Shown piece after piece: positions 38,351 through 48,862 of a DNA stretch of 64,000 bases. The stretch lies in the IMG/VR virus record IMGVR_UViG_3300013132_004380, one strand, 5' to 3'. This DNA comes from an uncultured virus (IMG/VR IMGVR_UViG_3300013132_004380) (taxonomy: Duplodnaviria > Heunggongvirae > Uroviricota > Caudoviricetes). Both the position numbers and the translations under genes were made by a program. Positions within the stretch are counted from its first letter, which is position 1. The number at the start of each line of letters is the position of its first letter. Below the pieces are notes generated by a model. The model worked only from the letters and a program-made list of their open reading frames with translations. It did no database searches and was not told where the DNA came from.

Positions 38351-39021
38351 TAACGACGCTTTCTACCTAACTCTTCGTCGCCACCGGCTGCAACATCGGC
38401 TGCTGCAAATGCATCTTCTTCGCTGCCCATATCTGCAGGAGGCATTTGTCCAGGCATTCCGGGGGTTACTGGAGCTGCTGCCATGTCCATTGGCGCTTCA
38501 ATTTGTTCTCCAGCTAATGATCTTGCACCATTGTCTAGTGCATCGCGAGCGCCATTTAAAGCGTCCATTAGTCCCTGAAGAGCTGATGTAACCGTATTTT
38601 TAAACTGGTCTGCTTGAGCAGTTCCTACTTGATCTCTGATTGTGTCTAGTAATGGTGGCAGTTCTTCATTTAACATTTTACTTGCATCAGTAATCATGTC
38701 TTGCACACTGTCAACCATGTCTTTGGCTGCCAGAACTGCTTCTGCAGTTTCCAATTCTCCTTCTACTAGATATTGTTGATTTTCTAGCCAAGCACCTAAA
38801 CTTTCACGCACCATCAGCATTTCCATGTATTTTGGATTACGCTCAGCTGTGTGTGCGCCATAACTTTTACGAATATAATTTAGATTTTCTTCCAATGCAA
38901 AATACAATTTCTGTGCTTTAGGATATGAAAGTTTATCATAATCAATTTTAAAACCAAACCGACTCTCGATTACTTTATTAAGGCGCTTAGTTTTTTGTGG
39001 TGCTAGTTCTTTTAAATTCAT
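38350..39021 (-). CDS. hypothetical (possible prohead core/scaffold-like) protein
   Basis: Helical, acidic P/A-rich tail ending LGRKRR. Confidence 0.65.
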   Translation of the reverse strand: MNLKELAPQKTKRLNKVIESRFGFKIDYDKLSYPKAQKLYFALEENLNYIRKSYGAHTAERNPKYMEMLMVRESLGAWLENQQYLVEGELETAEAVLAAKDMVDSVQDMITDASKMLNEELPPLLDTIRDQVGTAQADQFKNTVTSALQGLMDALNGARDALDNGARSLAGEQIEAPMDMAAAPVTPGMPGQMPPADMGSEEDAFAAADVAAGGDEELGRKRR

Positions 39022-39539
39022 AGTATCTTGTCCCAGATTTTCATATATTTAGCATTTGAAATAGTTTTTTCCAATTCTCGTTTTGCCAAGCTATATTGAG
39101 CTCGGGATTCCAAATATCTTGAAATCCAAAGCTCTCTTTTAAAATTATCTTCTGCAGTTTTATTTGAAATTTTCTTTGTATAAAATGTAATTTCGCTGTG
39201 CATTTTAGCAGCAATTTTATCTCTTTCAAGTAGTTCAGTTGCTAACTGAAAATTTCTTGTTTTTTCTAATACTACATATAATATTGCTGCTTTTTTATTC
39301 AAAAAATTATGTATTAATTTTCCATCTTTCTTTACAATATGATTCGTATCATCGAAGATTTGAATTGTATAATTACTAACAACATACAGTTGATTATTAA
39401 TTGGAATTAGTACTGGAATGTTTAAAGCGTACCTTAAATAGTTAATTTCCTTTTTTGCCCAACCTTTAATATCTTTTATAACTAGGTCAATCAGTGTTTT
39501 TCCTAGTTCTTCTTTTATAATTGATTCTACCTTGTTCAT
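39018..39539 (-). CDS. hypothetical protein
   Basis: 173 aa ORF. Confidence 0.6.
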   Translation of the reverse strand: MNKVESIIKEELGKTLIDLVIKDIKGWAKKEINYLRYALNIPVLIPINNQLYVVSNYTIQIFDDTNHIVKKDGKLIHNFLNKKAAILYVVLEKTRNFQLATELLERDKIAAKMHSEITFYTKKISNKTAEDNFKRELWISRYLESRAQYSLAKRELEKTISNAKYMKIWDKIL

Positions 39540-39714
39540 CTTTTGTTCTTTTAAGTATATCTTTGTTTACTAATTGATTTGCAGTTAATTGTTCTCTGTC
39601 ATCTAAATCGCGTTTTGCCACTACAGGTGTTTGTTCATCAAATCGTTTCAGCAAGTCTGCTTCTTCATTTGTTATGGCTATATGTAAATGCTCAGTTAAT
39701 TCAAAAATTTTCAT
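39487..39714 (-). CDS. hypothetical protein
   Basis: MKIFELTE; 75 aa. Confidence 0.6.
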   Translation of the reverse strand: MKIFELTEHLHIAITNEEADLLKRFDEQTPVVAKRDLDDREQLTANQLVNKDILKRTKDEQGRINYKRRTRKNTD

Positions 39715-39977
39715 CTTGATGCCAAATGTATTAAAAGTGTTATGATTGCAGCAAACATGGCACCTATAATTCCTGTGCCCAGAGTAATTAACTGTTTATT
39801 GATGCCACCTGACTTATTCGCGACTGTGTCTTTAATTTCTACTATGTGTTCTTCTAATGTAGATAATCTGCGGTCTAAATGATTTAATTTTTGTTCCAAT
39901 GATGCATATCTTTCGGCACATAATTCAACATGTGCTTCTAAATTTATTTTTTCAATACTGGTAGTGTTTGTGGCCAT
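39711..39977 (-). CDS. coiled-coil protein with C-terminal TM
   Basis: LEAHVELCAERY, heptad repeats, hydrophobic C-terminus. Confidence 0.7.
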   Translation of the reverse strand: MATNTTSIEKINLEAHVELCAERYASLEQKLNHLDRRLSTLEEHIVEIKDTVANKSGGINKQLITLGTGIIGAMFAAIITLLIHLASR

Positions 39978-40055
39978 ATATTTCTCTTTTAAATAGTTGA
40001 TGCATTGTTAAAATAAAAATATTTGCCATAATGAGTGCCCTAAGTATTCCTTGCA

Positions 40056-40490
40056 TCAATAGTTATTTAGTTCTTCGACTCGAAAGAAATGAATGTTTTT
40101 TAATGCGCCATAGCTATTGAAAATTGGAAGCATGAATCTGGCGGTTTCGTCTAATCCCAAAATAATGGGCACTTGATCAAAGTCTTGATACAGTTGATCT
40201 GGTGTATAGACATCTGTGTGTTCACTGTCAAACTTCACTGCCCATACCCGTTGTTCGCCGGCCATGTCATGATAAAATTCGCCAAAACATTGTTTTAACC
40301 CCGATTTACTCTTAAAATTCATGGAGTCTAATATAATGGGACCTTCGCCTATCCTAGGTTGAGTTTTAAGTCCTAAAACTTGCAATACTGTTTCCCAGTT
40401 TCTTTGTTGATTTCTTTCCTTAGAAGAGCCACGCAATACATCTGTTCTAGTTATATCGATTATTGTAGTTAAAATAAAGAGATCGTTCAT
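40056..40490 (-). CDS. hypothetical protein
   Basis: IDITRT..RNQQRNWETVLQVLGL; likely start 5 nt after TAAATA. Confidence 0.65.
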   Translation of the reverse strand: MNDLFILTTIIDITRTDVLRGSSKERNQQRNWETVLQVLGLKTQPRIGEGPIILDSMNFKSKSGLKQCFGEFYHDMAGEQRVWAVKFDSEHTDVYTPDQLYQDFDQVPIILGLDETARFMLPIFNSYGALKNIHFFRVEELNNY

Positions 40491-40509
40491 GCAGATATTT
40501 ATAGTCAAC

Positions 40510-40536
40510 AAAAAAGGCAGCTAAAAGCTGCCTTTT
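40510..40536 (-). terminator. rho-independent terminator (bidirectional-looking)
   Basis: AAAAGGCAGCT-AAA-AGCTGCCTTTT. Confidence 0.85.
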
Positions 40537-40556
40537 AGTAGTGCTTAAACTATTAA

Positions 40557-40979
40557 TTAAGCGCCAGCGGTTGTAACAAAACGTAGACCAGGCTGTGCAA
40601 CTTTAACCCCAGTCAAGTTGACCGAACTTACTGTACCTAAAGCAACAATATTTGCTTCGAGATCGGTAGCATTCCAGCTGCTGTCCTCAATAACAACACT
40701 TAATAGACCATTGGTTACGCCACCAATACCAGCACTGCTGACTTGATATGCTAACAATGTGCTGTTAATACCGATTGTGCGAAGAATTGCTTCTACTGCT
40801 TCACCAGTTCCTAGTGCAGTAGTTAAAGCAACGTTGGCATTTACGGAGAAAGCCTGAATTGGCTTGCCAATACCAGTGCTAATAGGTACACCCAACGAAC
40901 TTGCTTCTGTGCTGAATGCAATATTGCCAACGCTAACAACGTTTTGTGCATTACCATTTGTACGTGTGAAAACTGCCAT
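40557..40979 (-). CDS. probable abundant virion structural protein
   Basis: TATAAATA promoter, 5' hairpin, AAGGA SD, strong terminator; A/V/G/T-rich. Confidence 0.65.
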   Translation of the reverse strand: MAVFTRTNGNAQNVVSVGNIAFSTEASSLGVPISTGIGKPIQAFSVNANVALTTALGTGEAVEAILRTIGINSTLLAYQVSSAGIGGVTNGLLSVVIEDSSWNATDLEANIVALGTVSSVNLTGVKVAQPGLRFVTTAGA

Positions 40980-41040
40980 TTTGATTTTCCTTTAAAATAA
41001 TTGCGTTTGACGCATATGATTATTTATACTTTTGACAAAA

Positions 41041-42423
41041 TTAGCTTGTTGTAGAGGGCTTTTGCCAGGATTTTGGCTTAAGAAAATTCTCTCTACTAAA
41101 AACGATTCGGTCAATTAATTTTACTGCACTGCCATCATGCCCCACTGCTACAAAGCCCTCGGGCTTAGTAACCTTGTAGCCATTTTCAGATTTAATGAAA
41201 GTGCCAGTTATACCTTCAATTTGTTGTAACTTTTTTACTAATTCTAATTTAAGTTCAACTGCTTTTTTGTAAACTGCTAAAATGCCTAACAAAGTATTAG
41301 AATTATCTGCAATAAAACTTTCCATGCTTTCTATTTCTTTTCTACGATTTTGTATAGCTACAGGTTCTGGTTTATTGGGATCTTTAGGTTTATTTTTATC
41401 TTGTGATTTTTGTAAAACTGCGTCTATTTCTTTTTCTTTAGTCAGTCTGACATAGTTCATAAAATCTTTAAGAAATTCTGTAGGATTGTTTACTTGACTA
41501 GTGCCCCCAGGACTTAAAGCATGAGAGGGACTTTTTACTACGCTGTTAATAAAAGGCTTAACGTATTTACCAAATTCATGACTTAAAAATTTATCAAATT
41601 TACCGGGATCAATTTTCATGAGAGTGCCGGCAACTTGGTTAAGGCCTGAAATAATAAGTTGATTTTCTTCAGGTGTTAAGCTGGCAATTCCTGTATAATC
41701 ATTGTAGTATGCATCATCAAACCATACATCCGGATTTTGTTGTAGACCTGCTGCCCTAAAACCAAATTTTGCTCGCATTTCTGGAACATTAGCAAATGGT
41801 TTTGCACCTGCATCTAATTCTTCTTGACTAGGTGGATCCCAATCATATACTGTATGAAAAATAATTCCGATTTTTGCTCTACGCCATTTTGCAGCTAACT
41901 CACTATTTCTTGATGTTGTATACGTTATAGTGTTAGGAGTACATGCTAATAAAGGTTCGTCGCCAATGGTAATTTCTTCTAAATCTTGGTTAGTAAACAA
42001 CAGATCACCTTTAATTACTCCGCTGATTCCGAGTTTAGGCAAATACTTCAAGCATAGTTGTAATTTCCTAGCAAGTTCGTCGCTACCATACCATTTTTCG
42101 ATGTCTTTGGGAGTTTTACAAAGTTTAGGTTCAGTTTTTGCGAAAACACTTTTTGTACCAACAAAAAACTTGCTGTCTGTAGGGTCTGTGCCGCAGTGTA
42201 TGGCAGGAGCACCATCCCATTTTACTGTAACCTGACTGGGTTCCCCTGAACCCGCTGCTAACATAGATCTGACACTATTTACATAATTAAATGCTTCTAA
42301 TGCACCCCAATGGCCTTTGTTAAAAATTTCATCTTCAAGATGTTCCAAATGTGTGGCTTGCTCCGATGCGCCTTCTGTTAATAACCATTGAGGTTTTTGA
42401 TTCTTTATTTCGAATAATTTCAT
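41041..42423 (-). CDS. RNA/DNA ligase-like nucleotidyltransferase-fold protein
   Basis: HLEHLED, TVKWDG (KxDG), KGDLLF, PEGFV, VKLIDR. Confidence 0.6.
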   Translation of the reverse strand: MKLFEIKNQKPQWLLTEGASEQATHLEHLEDEIFNKGHWGALEAFNYVNSVRSMLAAGSGEPSQVTVKWDGAPAIHCGTDPTDSKFFVGTKSVFAKTEPKLCKTPKDIEKWYGSDELARKLQLCLKYLPKLGISGVIKGDLLFTNQDLEEITIGDEPLLACTPNTITYTTSRNSELAAKWRRAKIGIIFHTVYDWDPPSQEELDAGAKPFANVPEMRAKFGFRAAGLQQNPDVWFDDAYYNDYTGIASLTPEENQLIISGLNQVAGTLMKIDPGKFDKFLSHEFGKYVKPFINSVVKSPSHALSPGGTSQVNNPTEFLKDFMNYVRLTKEKEIDAVLQKSQDKNKPKDPNKPEPVAIQNRRKEIESMESFIADNSNTLLGILAVYKKAVELKLELVKKLQQIEGITGTFIKSENGYKVTKPEGFVAVGHDGSAVKLIDRIVFSRENFLKPKSWQKPSTTS

Positions 42424-42677
42424 TTAGAACCGTTCTCCGATATAATACGTTTTAATCCCCTTGTAAATTTTGTAGGATCTTGATTTCTTATACTATTAAC
42501 TAACCTACGCTCCAATTCTTCCGATTGTGACGAATCATAATTTTCTTTTATAAAATTTATCAAATTGATTGCACTTTGTATAACATGACTAGCTTTAGAT
42601 TCTACTAGATTATGCTTGTCTTTATTTAATTTTAACGAATCTAGTTCGTCTAATATACTACGTGTTTTTTTAAGCAC
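42420..42677 (-). CDS. hypothetical protein
   Basis: TRSILDEL..LERRLVNSIR..KFTRG. Confidence 0.7.
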   Translation of the reverse strand: MLKKTRSILDELDSLKLNKDKHNLVESKASHVIQSAINLINFIKENYDSSQSEELERRLVNSIRNQDPTKFTRGLKRIISENGSK

Positions 42678-42707
42678 AATAAATTCCCAAATCCTTTATA
42701 TATTTAT

Positions 42708-44096
42708 TTAATTCATATTTGATTTAAGACCAGCTAACATTTGTTTTAATTTATTACTTTGTATTTCAGCATCAATTTTAGGGGACTCTTCATTTGTTAT
42801 CTTTGGCTTGATAGAATTCATAATACTACCAATTTGCGGTTTTACAGTACCAGGTGTGCCCTGAGCTTCTTCGCCAGGATCAGTAATACGCAAACTTTCA
42901 ATATCAAAGTCTAAATCTACCTTCATACCTACACCACTGCTACTACGTGTTTTCATTAACTGAATTTGATAACGTCCGCGTTCACGCATTGCTCGACTTG
43001 TAAAAATACCAAATACATTATCAGCAGTATTAATTTTACTGATACCTCCCGAAATATGGCTATGATCAAATTCAATTTCTTCCACTGCACTACGATTCAA
43101 CTGCGATGCTGTAATCATTAAGATATTAAACTCTTTAGCTAAATTACGTAACTCCTCACTGACATATTTGTCTTTGACAAACAAGTCGTTAGGGCTAACT
43201 TTAGCACTCACTGGCATCACAAGATCCAAATAGTCTACCATAATAAAGTCTGCCCGCCGATTTGTCTGGACTTCTAATTCTTTAAGATATGCTCGAATCT
43301 GATTTACATTACTCTGCGCTGGCATATATTTGATACGTAGACTGCCTGACTTTTTGCCAGCCATCTTAATTTTCATTTCCAGTGTATCTAAATCTTTAAA
43401 AATCTCTCTTGTACTTACATTGGCCACCATACTGTCCATACGCATCGCACACAGTTCCTCACTAAGTTCTAATGTAAGAAATACACCATGTAGACCCTGT
43501 GTGATCCAATTAATTGCAATGTTCTGCATGAATAAGCTTTTGCCTGAACCTGAACCTCCTGCAAAAATATTCAGTTCGCCGCGATTCATACCACCAAACA
43601 ATCGCTTGTCTAAGGTAAGCCACCCTGTTGTAACCTGTCCGTTATTACTTTTGATTTTCATTAATCTGGCTCTGGGATCAGCAAAGTAGTCTGTGCCCAT
43701 ATCCTTAGTAAGACTGATTTGTACTGCATCTTTGATTAATTTTTCAACAGGATCAAATTCACCCTTTTCAATCATATCGGCAGCTTTAAGAATAGCACGT
43801 TCTAGTTCTTGTTTTTTTGTAAACGATTCAAATTCTGCCATGAACCAATCATAATGATTTTCATTGAGGTCAGGAACAGATTCCAATTCTATACTAGTTA
43901 CAGCTTTAATTTGACTAAGGGTAGGCATGGATTTATGTTGATCAACATGATCTTTTATAAATCGTGCTGCCTCGCGTAAACTACGGTCAAGGTTATCCGG
44001 ATTATAAATGTTTTGTACTCTGATGTAACTTTCAGAGTTTTGTTGCATCATTTCTAAGAATAATTTTTGTAAATCAACACTATAATTTTTATTCAT
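42708..44096 (-). CDS. replicative helicase (gp41/DnaB-like)
   Basis: GGSGSGKS, TLELSE, VDYLD, TASQLNR, KTR. Confidence 0.92.
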   Translation of the reverse strand: MNKNYSVDLQKLFLEMMQQNSESYIRVQNIYNPDNLDRSLREAARFIKDHVDQHKSMPTLSQIKAVTSIELESVPDLNENHYDWFMAEFESFTKKQELERAILKAADMIEKGEFDPVEKLIKDAVQISLTKDMGTDYFADPRARLMKIKSNNGQVTTGWLTLDKRLFGGMNRGELNIFAGGSGSGKSLFMQNIAINWITQGLHGVFLTLELSEELCAMRMDSMVANVSTREIFKDLDTLEMKIKMAGKKSGSLRIKYMPAQSNVNQIRAYLKELEVQTNRRADFIMVDYLDLVMPVSAKVSPNDLFVKDKYVSEELRNLAKEFNILMITASQLNRSAVEEIEFDHSHISGGISKINTADNVFGIFTSRAMRERGRYQIQLMKTRSSSGVGMKVDLDFDIESLRITDPGEEAQGTPGTVKPQIGSIMNSIKPKITNEESPKIDAEIQSNKLKQMLAGLKSNMN

Positions 44097-45003
44097 TTTC
44101 GATCTTAGCGCAATTAAATGTACAAAACCGTGGTTTTTCTTTTTCTATGCTTTGAAAAAACTCAATTTCTTGATTAATAATTTTAGTCATAGTAGTATTT
44201 TTTATATCATATAGATTTTTTTCTTTAAAAAATTTTGACTTATAATAAAAACGATGATCGTTTACATAACAACAGGGAGTATAATATCCAGTTGCAGTTA
44301 TAAAGTGCTGACGATTATTTTTACATTTAGGATCTATTTCTTGATTATAATTTTTATTATATTTCCATTCTATAATACTATTATTTCTGGAACCGTGAAA
44401 CTCTATATTAGTTGGTTTTAAATAATCATGATCGGAATCCCATCGATCACTTGGTTCAACAATAAATTGTTTGATTCCTATATCTTCCGACAATTTTTTT
44501 GTTGTTTGAATAGAGTCTTCATTAAAACGAAAAGGAATAAATTTCCATTTTGACTTTATGTAACTGTCTGCTACTGTTTCCATTCCAATTAAAATAGATG
44601 GCCAGTCTGCATTAATTCGATAATTTGTAAAATTATTCGGATTGCCGTCTACACTAAAAGTTACTGTGTCATTTGAATCTAAATTAGTAACAAGTTCACT
44701 CCACCATTGTTTATTTTTATAACTACCGTTTGTAATTATTTCAATTATAGCCCCGTTAGTTTTTAAAAAATTAACTAATCTAAATAAGTCTGGATAATAT
44801 ATAGGATCTCCGTAATTGCCGCACAATAAAACTCGAATATTTTTTAAAGATATGTCCAAAAAATTTTTTAAATCTTCTAAATTTAAATTATTATTCTGCC
44901 AGTTTTTTTGTTTAAAAGTTTCTAAAAATTTTGTTCTTGCACATCTTGGACATTTTAATGTACAAATATTTGTGGGTTCAAGATGCAATCCATTTATTGT
45001 CAT
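44089..45003 (-). CDS. radical SAM protein with C-terminal twitch/SPASM-like Cys cluster
   Basis: CTLKCPRC, GNYGDP, TNG, FSVDG, PCC, C..NC. Confidence 0.85.
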   Translation of the reverse strand: MTINGLHLEPTNICTLKCPRCARTKFLETFKQKNWQNNNLNLEDLKNFLDISLKNIRVLLCGNYGDPIYYPDLFRLVNFLKTNGAIIEIITNGSYKNKQWWSELVTNLDSNDTVTFSVDGNPNNFTNYRINADWPSILIGMETVADSYIKSKWKFIPFRFNEDSIQTTKKLSEDIGIKQFIVEPSDRWDSDHDYLKPTNIEFHGSRNNSIIEWKYNKNYNQEIDPKCKNNRQHFITATGYYTPCCYVNDHRFYYKSKFFKEKNLYDIKNTTMTKIINQEIEFFQSIEKEKPRFCTFNCAKIENE

Positions 45004-46046
45004 AATTTACTCGATATTAATTTAATTTTTAATGAATTTGTTTCTGTCGCTTGCAAAATTGCTTTCATAGTAAACAATTTCCCATATGTAACTACTGCAT
45101 CCGAAATGTCTTTCACACGTTCATTCCAGACTGGAAAGCTCACTGACCATCCATATTCCAATGCACAGTCAATTAATTGGCGACCGGGCCATACTGACCG
45201 GCCTTGTTTATTTACATGTCGATCAAAATCAGGAACCACAATAACTTGCTTCCCCAAAGATTCTATTAGTTCAGCTTGTTGCATAGTAATGTTGTTAGAT
45301 AATACAGCTACACCATCTAAGGCCATAGCGTCAAATACACCTTCACATACTATAATAAATTTATTGTCCTTGTGTTGTTGATCTAAATTAAAAACAAATT
45401 GACTGGGATGATCACTGTGATATTTTGGCATAATGCCGTCTACAAATGTTCTTGCAGTGTAACCAACAATTTTATTTTGATAACGAAAAGGAATAATAAC
45501 TCTATGACTTAATTTATGTTCTACTTGAGGAGTCCAATAACATTCATATCGTTGCATGTCTATGCGTCTTTGGTAAACATAATCAACCGCAATCATAAAC
45601 TCATGAGGAAAATCTTTGTCAGCCAAATGATAAAACTCTGCTATGGCCATAAAACTTTGTGCTTCTGAGGGCAATGTTCTAGGTTCAAATTCAATCGGTT
45701 CTTCAGGTTCCCCAATTTGATCAGGTTGGATTAGTTCTCGAACTCTTAGTGCTTCAATGACCAATCTTTGTACATCGTTGTCATCAGTGCCTAACCATTT
45801 TAAAAAACGACGATATTTGAAACTTAGTGGATATCCGGGAGTATAACTACTTTTCCATTGACAATTGAAGCAATGATAGGATATGCCGCCATTGGCATTA
45901 GTTTTGATGCCTCCGCGGCCACGAGTATCTGCGCTATGACCATTATGGTGACAGCACACTGAGTTAAAACTGATCCAACCACTTTGACTTGTTTTTCTTT
46001 TGGCAGGTAGTTGGTTCAGTGTAAAATCTTGAACCGCATTGAACAT
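45000..46046 (-). CDS. DNA primase (zinc finger plus TOPRIM)
   Basis: CC..HCFNC, IIPF..GYTAR, CEGVFDA, PDFD, KDISDA. Confidence 0.85.
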   Translation of the reverse strand: MFNAVQDFTLNQLPAKRKTSQSGWISFNSVCCHHNGHSADTRGRGGIKTNANGGISYHCFNCQWKSSYTPGYPLSFKYRRFLKWLGTDDNDVQRLVIEALRVRELIQPDQIGEPEEPIEFEPRTLPSEAQSFMAIAEFYHLADKDFPHEFMIAVDYVYQRRIDMQRYECYWTPQVEHKLSHRVIIPFRYQNKIVGYTARTFVDGIMPKYHSDHPSQFVFNLDQQHKDNKFIIVCEGVFDAMALDGVAVLSNNITMQQAELIESLGKQVIVVPDFDRHVNKQGRSVWPGRQLIDCALEYGWSVSFPVWNERVKDISDAVVTYGKLFTMKAILQATETNSLKIKLISSKL

Positions 46047-46052
46047 CTATAT

Positions 46053-46081
46053 ATTGTACTGCATTTTTTGAGCGAAATCAA
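46053..46081 (-). promoter_or_regulatory. sigma70-like promoter, leaderless geometry
   Basis: TTGATT-17-TACAAT, then 6 nt to the primase ATG. Confidence 0.6.
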
Positions 46082-46250
46082 CTTATTTCCTGCCAGTTAA
46101 TGCTAGCATAGATGTCTTGATTAGTGCCGGTAGTCCCATAATAATTGAATGTGTATAAGCAACATCAGTAAATGGGTCACGTACTAATTCATAAGTAAAA
46201 GAAACACTTTCTTGAGTAGGTTCACTTGCACTTTGATTGCTAAAATTAAT
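46078..46250 (-). pseudogene. frameshifted 3' remnant of a virion structural gene
   Basis: No start; SNQSASEPTQESVSFTYELVRDPFT..IIM, frameshift, TTGTNQDIYASINWQEIS*. Confidence 0.45.
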
Positions 46251-46559
46251 TTATGGGTTCACAAAGGTTGTACTATTTTGATTTACAGCACTTTGATAAA
46301 CTGTACCTATTTCTGTTACAGTGATAACGGTACTTGCCCCGCTCGCTGGCAGTACGCTGATAGTTTTACCAATTCCACCCATGTTAATATAAGTAGGTAT
46401 GTTCTGTGGAATTTGTCCTATATTTGAACTAAGAGTTGCTGCTGCATTAATAGCATAAACGCAGGTAGTATTTGCAACCACACGAATTTTGGTACTGTTT
46501 AATGAGTTAGCACCCGCAACGTTTGCGGCTGTTGATGTTACGACTGTATAACTGGCCAT
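46251..46559 (-). CDS. small virion-type protein
   Basis: TATAAATA and AGGA; T/V/A-rich beta protein. Confidence 0.65.
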   Translation of the reverse strand: MASYTVVTSTAANVAGANSLNSTKIRVVANTTCVYAINAAATLSSNIGQIPQNIPTYINMGGIGKTISVLPASGASTVITVTEIGTVYQSAVNQNSTTFVNP

Positions 46560-46597
46560 ATTTCAATCCTATTTCTTATATTTATATAATTAACAAA

Positions 46598-47311
46598 TTA
46601 AGGCACTAACAATAATTTGGTAAACCCTGAGCTTATTGCTTCAGTATTTGATCCACCATAAGGGTTGGCACTAGCAGTTGCAGTAAGGGCAGAGCTAGGT
46701 TTTGTAAAATTTCCTGTGTATACTGCAAGTCCTTTAACAAATCTGAAATTTGTAATGTAACCCACAAAAGCTGAATTGGTTGCAAAAGTGTTTGTATTAC
46801 CTACTACAAATGTTGTAGCATTTTCTGTAATATTATTTGTATCGGTAATTTGACTGCCGCGAAGTGTGCCGTCTCTATACACTTTTGTAATGCCTGATTG
46901 TCTTACCACTGCAAAATGATACCAAGTACTTGTAGTAGTTGAGCTTGCCGAACTATATCTAACACTATTGTTTGCCCAGTAATAGAAAGTTGCACTTTCG
47001 ATACTGACGCCGATTTTTATGTTTGGATAATCGTCGACCGTAAAAAGTCTCTGAAATTGTGCCGTACTTGTTTGATAAGAAAACCATTCAACAGTGAAAT
47101 CACCTGTGCCAACTGCCCAATCATTACTGCCAGGAGTGGTTATATATGAGTTCACAGAACTACTAAATTGATAACTATTGCCACCACCGACAAATGGACT
47201 GACATTCTGAACAGATACAGAACTGCCTAACGTCAATGTAGGATTAACAAAACTGCTGGGTTGATCGACCAATCTTTTTGCAGACATTATTTGTAACATT
47301 ATGCCAGCCAT
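46598..47311 (-). CDS. LamG/concanavalin A-like tail fibre domain protein
   Basis: GTGDFTVEW, WYHFAVVR, GYITNFRFVKGLAVYTGNFT. Confidence 0.8.
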   Translation of the reverse strand: MAGIMLQIMSAKRLVDQPSSFVNPTLTLGSSVSVQNVSPFVGGGNSYQFSSSVNSYITTPGSNDWAVGTGDFTVEWFSYQTSTAQFQRLFTVDDYPNIKIGVSIESATFYYWANNSVRYSSASSTTTSTWYHFAVVRQSGITKVYRDGTLRGSQITDTNNITENATTFVVGNTNTFATNSAFVGYITNFRFVKGLAVYTGNFTKPSSALTATASANPYGGSNTEAISSGFTKLLLVP

Positions 47312-47312
47312 G

Positions 47313-48830
47313 TTATGTTAGCCCTGTGCCGTTAATAAACCAAGTGTCTGTGGCCACTTTCATCAAGGTAGCCATACCATAATTGCCTAATGTACGTGAA
47401 GCTGATGTACTATTTCCAGCAAGATACATAGTTACTCCACCAGCTGGACTAACGGTCAGATTAGCAGTCCCTTGCTGAATAATGCTTATGGCTGCTCCTA
47501 TTTGAAATGCCACCGTAGCATTGTTTGGTACTGTGATTACATTTGCACTGTTTGAACTGAAGTAATGTTTGCCTGCATCGGTTAAAGCCAATGCGGCATT
47601 GCTGGTAAATATGATCTGGGGAACATCTCTGTAACCTATAGCAAAACCGTTTGTTGTGCCAGTTATGTTACCCACTGCCGAAACATTGCCAAGTGATGTT
47701 AGATTTAATGTAGTTATGCCGAGTGTAGTAAATTCTGTGCTGCCTATATTGTTTACCCCAACGACGATACTACCATTAGCTGTGGGTATGTCTATTGTAC
47801 TTGTACCGTTTGTGATGGCTGTGCCGTCAGGTAATCCAGTAAGTTGGCTCCCGTCGCCTATGAAGTATGGTGCGGTGATGTTGCCGGGAGCAGTCAGCAC
47901 ACCGTCTGTGCCAAATGTCCAGGTCCAGCTGTTACCTGTAATATCACTGTCAGTTTCGATAGTAGCACCATAACCCAAAGGTGCTACTATTCTGAATGCG
48001 GAACCGCCGCCTCCGCCGGGTTCATCACCGATAAAGGTATTGCCTTCAAACTGAATGTAGTTGGGCACTTTCAGATCGCCACCGGTGTCAAAGGTCCATG
48101 TATTCGTTGCAGCAGTTGTTATAGTTACATCGCCGTCCGATAAAGAAATGTTTATGTTGCTTGTGCCATTTGCAATAGAAGAACTACTTCCTGCAGGTCC
48201 AGTAGGACCCTGGGGTCCTGTATTACCAATTGGTCCTTGCGGACCGGTGTCACCTGTAGGCCCAGCTGGTCCTTGCGGACCGGTGTCACCTGTAGGCCCA
48301 GCTGGTCCTTGTGGTCCTTGTGGGCCTGTGTCACCAGATGGTCCTTGTGGACCCTGAGACCCTGTGTTACCAGCTGGTCCAGCTGGTCCTTGTGGTCCTG
48401 ATGGACCAACAGCAGTATTACCATTTACTGTTAAATTTCCTGACCCGTCAACACTTAAAGCTACTCCACCCAAATAAATGGTATTATTACTAACCCATAA
48501 CTCACGCCATTGATTGGTTGAAGACCCCAATGAATAAGTTACATTCGAACCAGGAATAATGTTACCATTGACAATTAAACTACTGTTAGCAACAATTTGA
48601 CCTACACCATTGGGTGTCAACGTAATATTAGCGTTAGCAGTACGCCCCGTAATTTCTTGACCACTTATTAACAAATTTCCTGTACTACCTACAATATACC
48701 CGCCTTCTGTAACTCCATCATGCACATTGATGCTGTAATCGCTAGTATTGATGGTAATTTCACCTTCTGCACCTGTGTAAGTAGAACTTACATTTGCATT
48801 TCCTCTTTTAAACTGTACAGTTTTACTCAT
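47313..48830 (-). CDS. tail fibre with Mtd-like N-terminus and collagen segment
   Basis: [22 protein letters not shown]; about 24 Gly-X-Y triplets; C-terminal [13 protein letters not shown]. Confidence 0.8.
   Translation of the reverse strand: MSKTVQFKRGNANVSSTYTGAEGEITINTSDYSINVHDGVTEGGYIVGSTGNLLISGQEITGRTANANITLTPNGVGQIVANSSLIVNGNIIPGSNVTYSLGSSTNQWRELWVSNNTIYLGGVALSVDGSGNLTVNGNTAVGPSGPQGPAGPAGNTGSQGPQGPSGDTGPQGPQGPAGPTGDTGPQGPAGPTGDTGPQGPIGNTGPQGPTGPAGSSSSIANGTSNINISLSDGDVTITTAATNTWTFDTGGDLKVPNYIQFEGNTFIGDEPGGGGGSAFRIVAPLGYGATIETDSDITGNSWTWTFGTDGVLTAPGNITAPYFIGDGSQLTGLPDGTAITNGTSTIDIPTANGSIVVGVNNIGSTEFTTLGITTLNLTSLGNVSAVGNITGTTNGFAIGYRDVPQIIFTSNAALALTDAGKHYFSSNSANVITVPNNATVAFQIGAAISIIQQGTANLTVSPAGGVTMYLAGNSTSASRTLGNYGMATLMKVATDTWFINGTGLT
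48189..48407 (-). repeat. collagen-like Gly-X-Y repeat with an exact 36-nt tandem duplication
   Basis: GGTCCTTGCGGACCGGTGTCACCTGTAGGCCCAGCT twice (48232-48303). Confidence 0.85.
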
Positions 48831-48862
48831 TTACGATTCCAAATTATTATATACTTATCAAT

